Assembly (NCBI GenBank): GCA_965649825.1 | Contig: OZ287707.1 | Span: forward strand, 1-64,000 | Source of the DNA: Penicillus capitatus | Lineage: Eukaryota > Plantae > Chlorophyta | Direction of reading: 5' to 3' | DNA: 64,000 bases | Part shown: positions 59,701 to 64,000 of the stretch, in pieces | Layout of the letters: the number at the start of each line of letters is the position of its first letter | Numbering within the stretch: the first letter of the stretch is position 1 | Made by a program: the position numbers and the translations under genes | Notes under the pieces: model-generated | The model's input: only the letters and a program-made list of their open reading frames with translations | Told to the model about the DNA's origin: nothing | The model's database searches: none

Positions 59701-62686
59701 AAGGCCACCGCCATTCGACGCACGGTTGTGAATAATGTGTCCATTGACGATCTTTATGGCACTTCTGCCCATCAACAATAGACCGCCACCTGATTCGGTC
59801 GTATTGTTATCTCTGATGACAATGTCTCGCATCAGAGCTGGAACGCTATCAAAATGGATAGCGCCGCCTTCTTTTTCTGCAGTGTTATTTCTGAACGTCG
59901 TGTTGGAGACAATGATCGAAGCTTCAACCACATCACCTCCGTATTCAATTCGTGGTTCTTCACTATCCGCAACGTGAACATTGAAAACGGCTTGAATCGA
60001 TCCGCCGAATTTGGCTCGGTTTCCTTGAAACATTGCATCACGAATGCGAATGTGATTGTCTCTGGATTTCATGAACATTGCAGCAATGGCACCTCCTCCA
60101 TCAACTGCCCTGATGTCGAAAAAAACGAGGATGATCAGAGAAAACAAAGCGCCTTTGACACACCTGTTGCGAACAAAAGTTGCATCGGCAATGTCCAGTT
60201 CAGCTGCGATCTCGAAGGATATTCCTCCACCTCCTCTCGCTTCATTGTTTTCAAAGGTAACATTTCCAGCAACAAACATTGATGCACTCAGGCCGTTGAC
60301 AATTGCACCACCTCCGAAGCTTCCTGCTCGGTTTCCACGGACAAGTGTGTCTTTTAAGTATCCTTGTGTAGTCGACGGCCCGTGAACACCAATCTCTTCT
60401 GTGCCCTGACACAAATACCAACTTTCGATGTGCCTTCCAGCAAGAGAGTGAACCTGTACAGCAAGTCCACCAGCTGTGTGTGTAGCATTGTTTTTGAAGA
60501 ATGTACAGTTTCGGAAGAACGCTAAACTTTGGATCACCTGCGCACCTCCGCCCTCGGCAGCCCAATTTCCTGCAAATGTGACTCTCTTTGCATATAACAA
60601 ACATCCTCTTTGGATCCCAATTCCACCGCCGTTATTTGCTGTGTTATTCAGAAAGTGAACATTTTGCAGTATGACTGTCACAGAAGGACGGATCCCGTTG
60701 GGAAGCTGATTCATGTCTGTGCCGAAATCATTCATTTCTGATAGCAGGAATTTCAGACCCAGCAGATTTCGATCATCGGTTGCGTGTTGGAATAAGTAGT
60801 TGATACTGCTATTTCTGTCGTAACCTCCTCCATCGACGAAGATACCTCCCCCAGCTGTTTTTGCTCCTCTGTTAGAATCGAACATGCAATCTGTCAGATT
60901 CAAAGTAACCATGAATTCTGCGAAAATCTGCAACACGACATGATACAGTACAGAAACCAAGTACATGTTGATGCAAGCTTACTCCTCCTCCTTTGTCTGC
61001 TACATTTAAAGCGAAACTGCAGTTGTTGATGTCAACTGATGTTCTGCGGATTGTCTGTGCCTGAAACACACTTGCAACGACTACGATGAAAGGTGAATGG
61101 ACATAGAGGGCTCCGCCACGCTCATTTGCTTTGTTTGCAGTCAAGGTGACGTTATTTAATATCAAGAGTTTCGCTCGATAGCCCTCAATGCATCCTCCCG
61201 CATTCCTAGCAATGTTTTCGGAGAACGTGGAGTTTGTGACATTCAACTGCGTTTCATTGACGGCAGAAATACATCCACCAAACGAAGAGTGGTTCTCGAC
61301 GCATCGACTATTCTCCATCTGGAAGAATGTTTTCACTTTCATGTCTGGATTATAGACATGAACAGCTGATTGGGATCGAATGTACACGGCTCCTCCTCTT
61401 TCATGTGCTCTATTCTGAATGAATGTCACATCAGACGTCTGAACATACGTATCATTGAGCAGATACAGAGCTCCGCCATTCCCAGCTTCATTCTTCTCGA
61501 AAACTGTCCTCCAAATTGTTCCCGCGCTTCCCGGCATGAAGGCAACGGCACCCCCCACATGGCCACTGTTTCTGATGAAACGGCTATCAGAGATGATGTA
61601 TATACTGTAAAACGTAATAGCAGTTCCATTCCACTGCGAATGGGAAGCTTTTATATAAACAGCACCACCAGTACCATTAGTACCAACAGTGTTTCCAGAG
61701 AACGTGCAATTGTTGACTGTCGTTAATATCATTCCGAGAAAGTACGCGCTTCCTCCGTCTTCATGCGCGGTGTTTTTTCTGAAAGAACAGTCTTGTAGAG
61801 AGAACATGGCGTAGGCGGCAACGTGGCTCTCGACATAAACGGCTCCTCCTTGTTTTCCAGCATTTCCGTAGAAATGACAGTTCACTACGGTCACATTCGA
61901 TTCTCGAACTTCGATCGGACTCTTATCTTCGTCCAGGGTACAATTTTCAAAACGCAGGTTACTCAAAAGAGTACGACTGGATGCGCTTTCAACACAGCTG
62001 TTTCTTAGCAGCAGATGATAATGATGAGCACACTACCTAATGGAGAGAATTTGGTTGCCGCCTGGACAGGTAAAAATTGGCATGTTTGCTTCATTCGGCG
62101 TGGCGCCCGTGATGTTAAGACTTCCATGGATTTTGATGGTTTCTCTCACAGGCACCTGAATGCCCTCGGCAACGTAGATCATTGCCTCCATGCTGATGGC
62201 GCAGTCCACAACGGACTGGAGATCGCTGTCAACTTCATCGATTAATGATTCGTTTAATTTCCATGTGTTATTTCTCGAAGAGTAGAAATCACGTCGAACG
62301 GTTTCTGACAGATGGCAATGCGTTCCTGAAGCAAACATGCCCTTTGGGGTAAAACCCTCGATTGACCGCAAACTCCTACCAGCATTCAACAAGTTGAGCT
62401 GCTGTAGTCGTCGTTCAGGGAAAGATGCGCTCGCGGCCTTGTCGTCAATAAGCGCCAACCTCCCATGCACTTTCTCCATGCTTGCCGCATCCCCAAGGCG
62501 AGTTTCATCGACTCCTCCTCCATTCGCAGAACCTCAATGTACAACATCTATTAAGACTCAAGACAGTCAAGAAGAAAAACACGGATGTCTATGAGCTATG
62601 AGAATTGTCTGTTGTCGGTTTGGATTCGTCTTACCAGTAACAAACAATGTCAGGCCAAAAAGATGCCACAGTAAAGACAACTTCAT
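56754..62686 (-). CDS. Large surface protein: signal peptide, Pmp-type beta-helix repeats, Cys-rich region, multi-pass TM C-terminus
   Basis: MKLSLLWHLFGLTLFVT start. Dozens of FxxN...GG(A/G)(I/V/L) repeats. C-x2-C segments and GPLCGSC. Several hydrophobic helices in ORF 56754-57722. Short introns. Confidence 0.85.
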
Positions 62687-63272
62687 TCCCAATGAATGGC
62701 TAGAGGAACCAGCAACAGAACTCTTCTCCACAGTCAGCGAAATCTAGTTACGGTCCTGGTTCATATGTTTTTCCGTATAGCGGTTAGAATGATCAGTTGT
62801 GTCACATATACGATAAAAAAAGAGAGACAGTTACATTTGGTGCTAGAAGGATGAACGACTATTCTTTCTCACTATGATCTCTCTTTTGACTTTTTACCTC
62901 GTTGACAGTGTTCTCGCTCATGACTCCTGTTTGTTAGATCGAGAGCAACTCTTCGTTTGAGTGAAATATGCTGGAGAATCAACAAAGGTCTGGCATTCTT
63001 AGGACACATTTCCAGTAAGCTCGAAAGATAAGCAATTGAAGAAGGAGAATTTAATTACCAGCGATGACTACCAACAATGACTAGCTGTCTCGAACATTGC
63101 TTAATGACTAACAAATCTTCTCTGTGCCTGCAGAGGTTCCGTGAGATCAGCGCAACAAATCAGAAGAACGTTTAGAACAACTACCACTTCTCAAGACTGT
63201 AGATGATTCCATAGAGATTTTTGTTTACAGCCAGAGATCATCCAGGAACATGTGAAACCATCGAAGAATTCT

Positions 63273-64000
63273 CTATGCATGGGCAGAACGTGCACCTGAC
63301 CTCAATCGTGTTGCTTTGAGCATCTTTCCTCTTTTTGCACTTCTTCCCACCGTCTCTTCCTAACAAGACCATAGATGCATCTTCAGAATACTGTCAACCG
63401 CAATGAAATGTTAAGGAGATGGCGAAAAGGGGCTCAGATGTAAAATATTTGTCGTCAAGCAAACTAAGCAACATCTCAGAGACTTCACTAGAGTCCATCA
63501 CAGCCCATGTCACTGTCCATACATACACCCATACCTCTTCTGGCTGAACGGGCTGCTCCTTTTCACAGAGAATCAATTCGATGTGAGCAGGTGAAGACAT
63601 GTATGGATTGATTCTTCCGTGTGCTCTGTACGTCCTTCTCCTCTGCTTCATCGCCCGGTTACACTGAATGTGATAGACGTACAGATTTTCGATGTCCAAC
63701 CCTTTCAACTAACACCATCCAATATTGCAAGACATGTCGACAGAGACACAAGATCGCACTTCTGCATTACTCTCGGCATTCTTGAGAAGGTTCAGGATGA
63801 TCTTGACAGCTTTGACGGGCCAACGTCCCTGTCCAGTGGTACTCCCCTCGTTCTTGGCCTGAGAGGTTCTCCCGACTCCACCGCAGTAACGGCGGAAAGG
63901 AATACAACGTTTGTGCTCCAGAACCGCTTCGAGGTATTTCTTCGCCTTATCGAGCGGCAGATCCTTGATCGCTTTGCCCGTTTCACGTGCTGTCTTAAAC
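63273..64000 (-). CDS. RPL17: 60S ribosomal protein L17 (uL22); 5' end beyond the window
   Basis: [45 protein letters not shown]; last exon ends [11 protein letters not shown]. Confidence 0.96.
63430..63506 (-). ncRNA. Candidate intronic box C/D snoRNA in the last RPL17 intron
   Basis: GGGCT-GTGATGG (box C, 1 mismatch) ... CTGA (D') ... TTGACGA (C') ... CTGA-GCCC (box D plus terminal stem). The host intron is ~3x longer than the ~50-bp norm. Confidence 0.7.

Noticed and set aside
63063-63112. Three ATGACTA motifs upstream of the Pmp-like gene as a regulatory cluster
   Set aside because: Short motif with irregular spacing and no independent support.

Overview
Eukaryotic nuclear DNA. Short 40-55 bp introns, the standard genetic code and the gene set point to a compact-genome green alga, possibly ulvophyte/Bryopsidales-like; the taxon is inferred. 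The window has three zones. (1) 1-5764: two abutting GC-rich tandem arrays, a 329-bp satellite and a 231-bp repeat. Each 231-bp unit is a 201-bp cassette with perfect 24-bp terminal inverted repeats, and the units form a 4-mer higher-order repeat. (2) About 5.8-38.3 kb: a decay zone. It holds a degenerate LINE, a Ty3/gypsy element with a very young nested TRIM, a solo LTR, and intron-retaining pseudogenes or fragments of a cupin/CDO-like gene, a midasin-like AAA/dual-VWA gene, RPA1, SEC24, DDX52 and UCH. A few apparently intact genes are mixed in (an RPA70N-coiled-coil gene and two EamA paralogs). (3) About 38.5-64 kb: dense intact genes: RRM+dsRBD protein, four-CNB PKG, CCT7, NTMT1, KIAA1328-like, a membrane pyrophosphatase with a Na+-PPase-like helix-6 motif, RING-CH, a Pmp-repeat membrane protein, and RPL17 with an intronic box C/D snoRNA candidate. 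Gene models were traced by eye, so boundaries of multi-exon and decayed genes are approximate.
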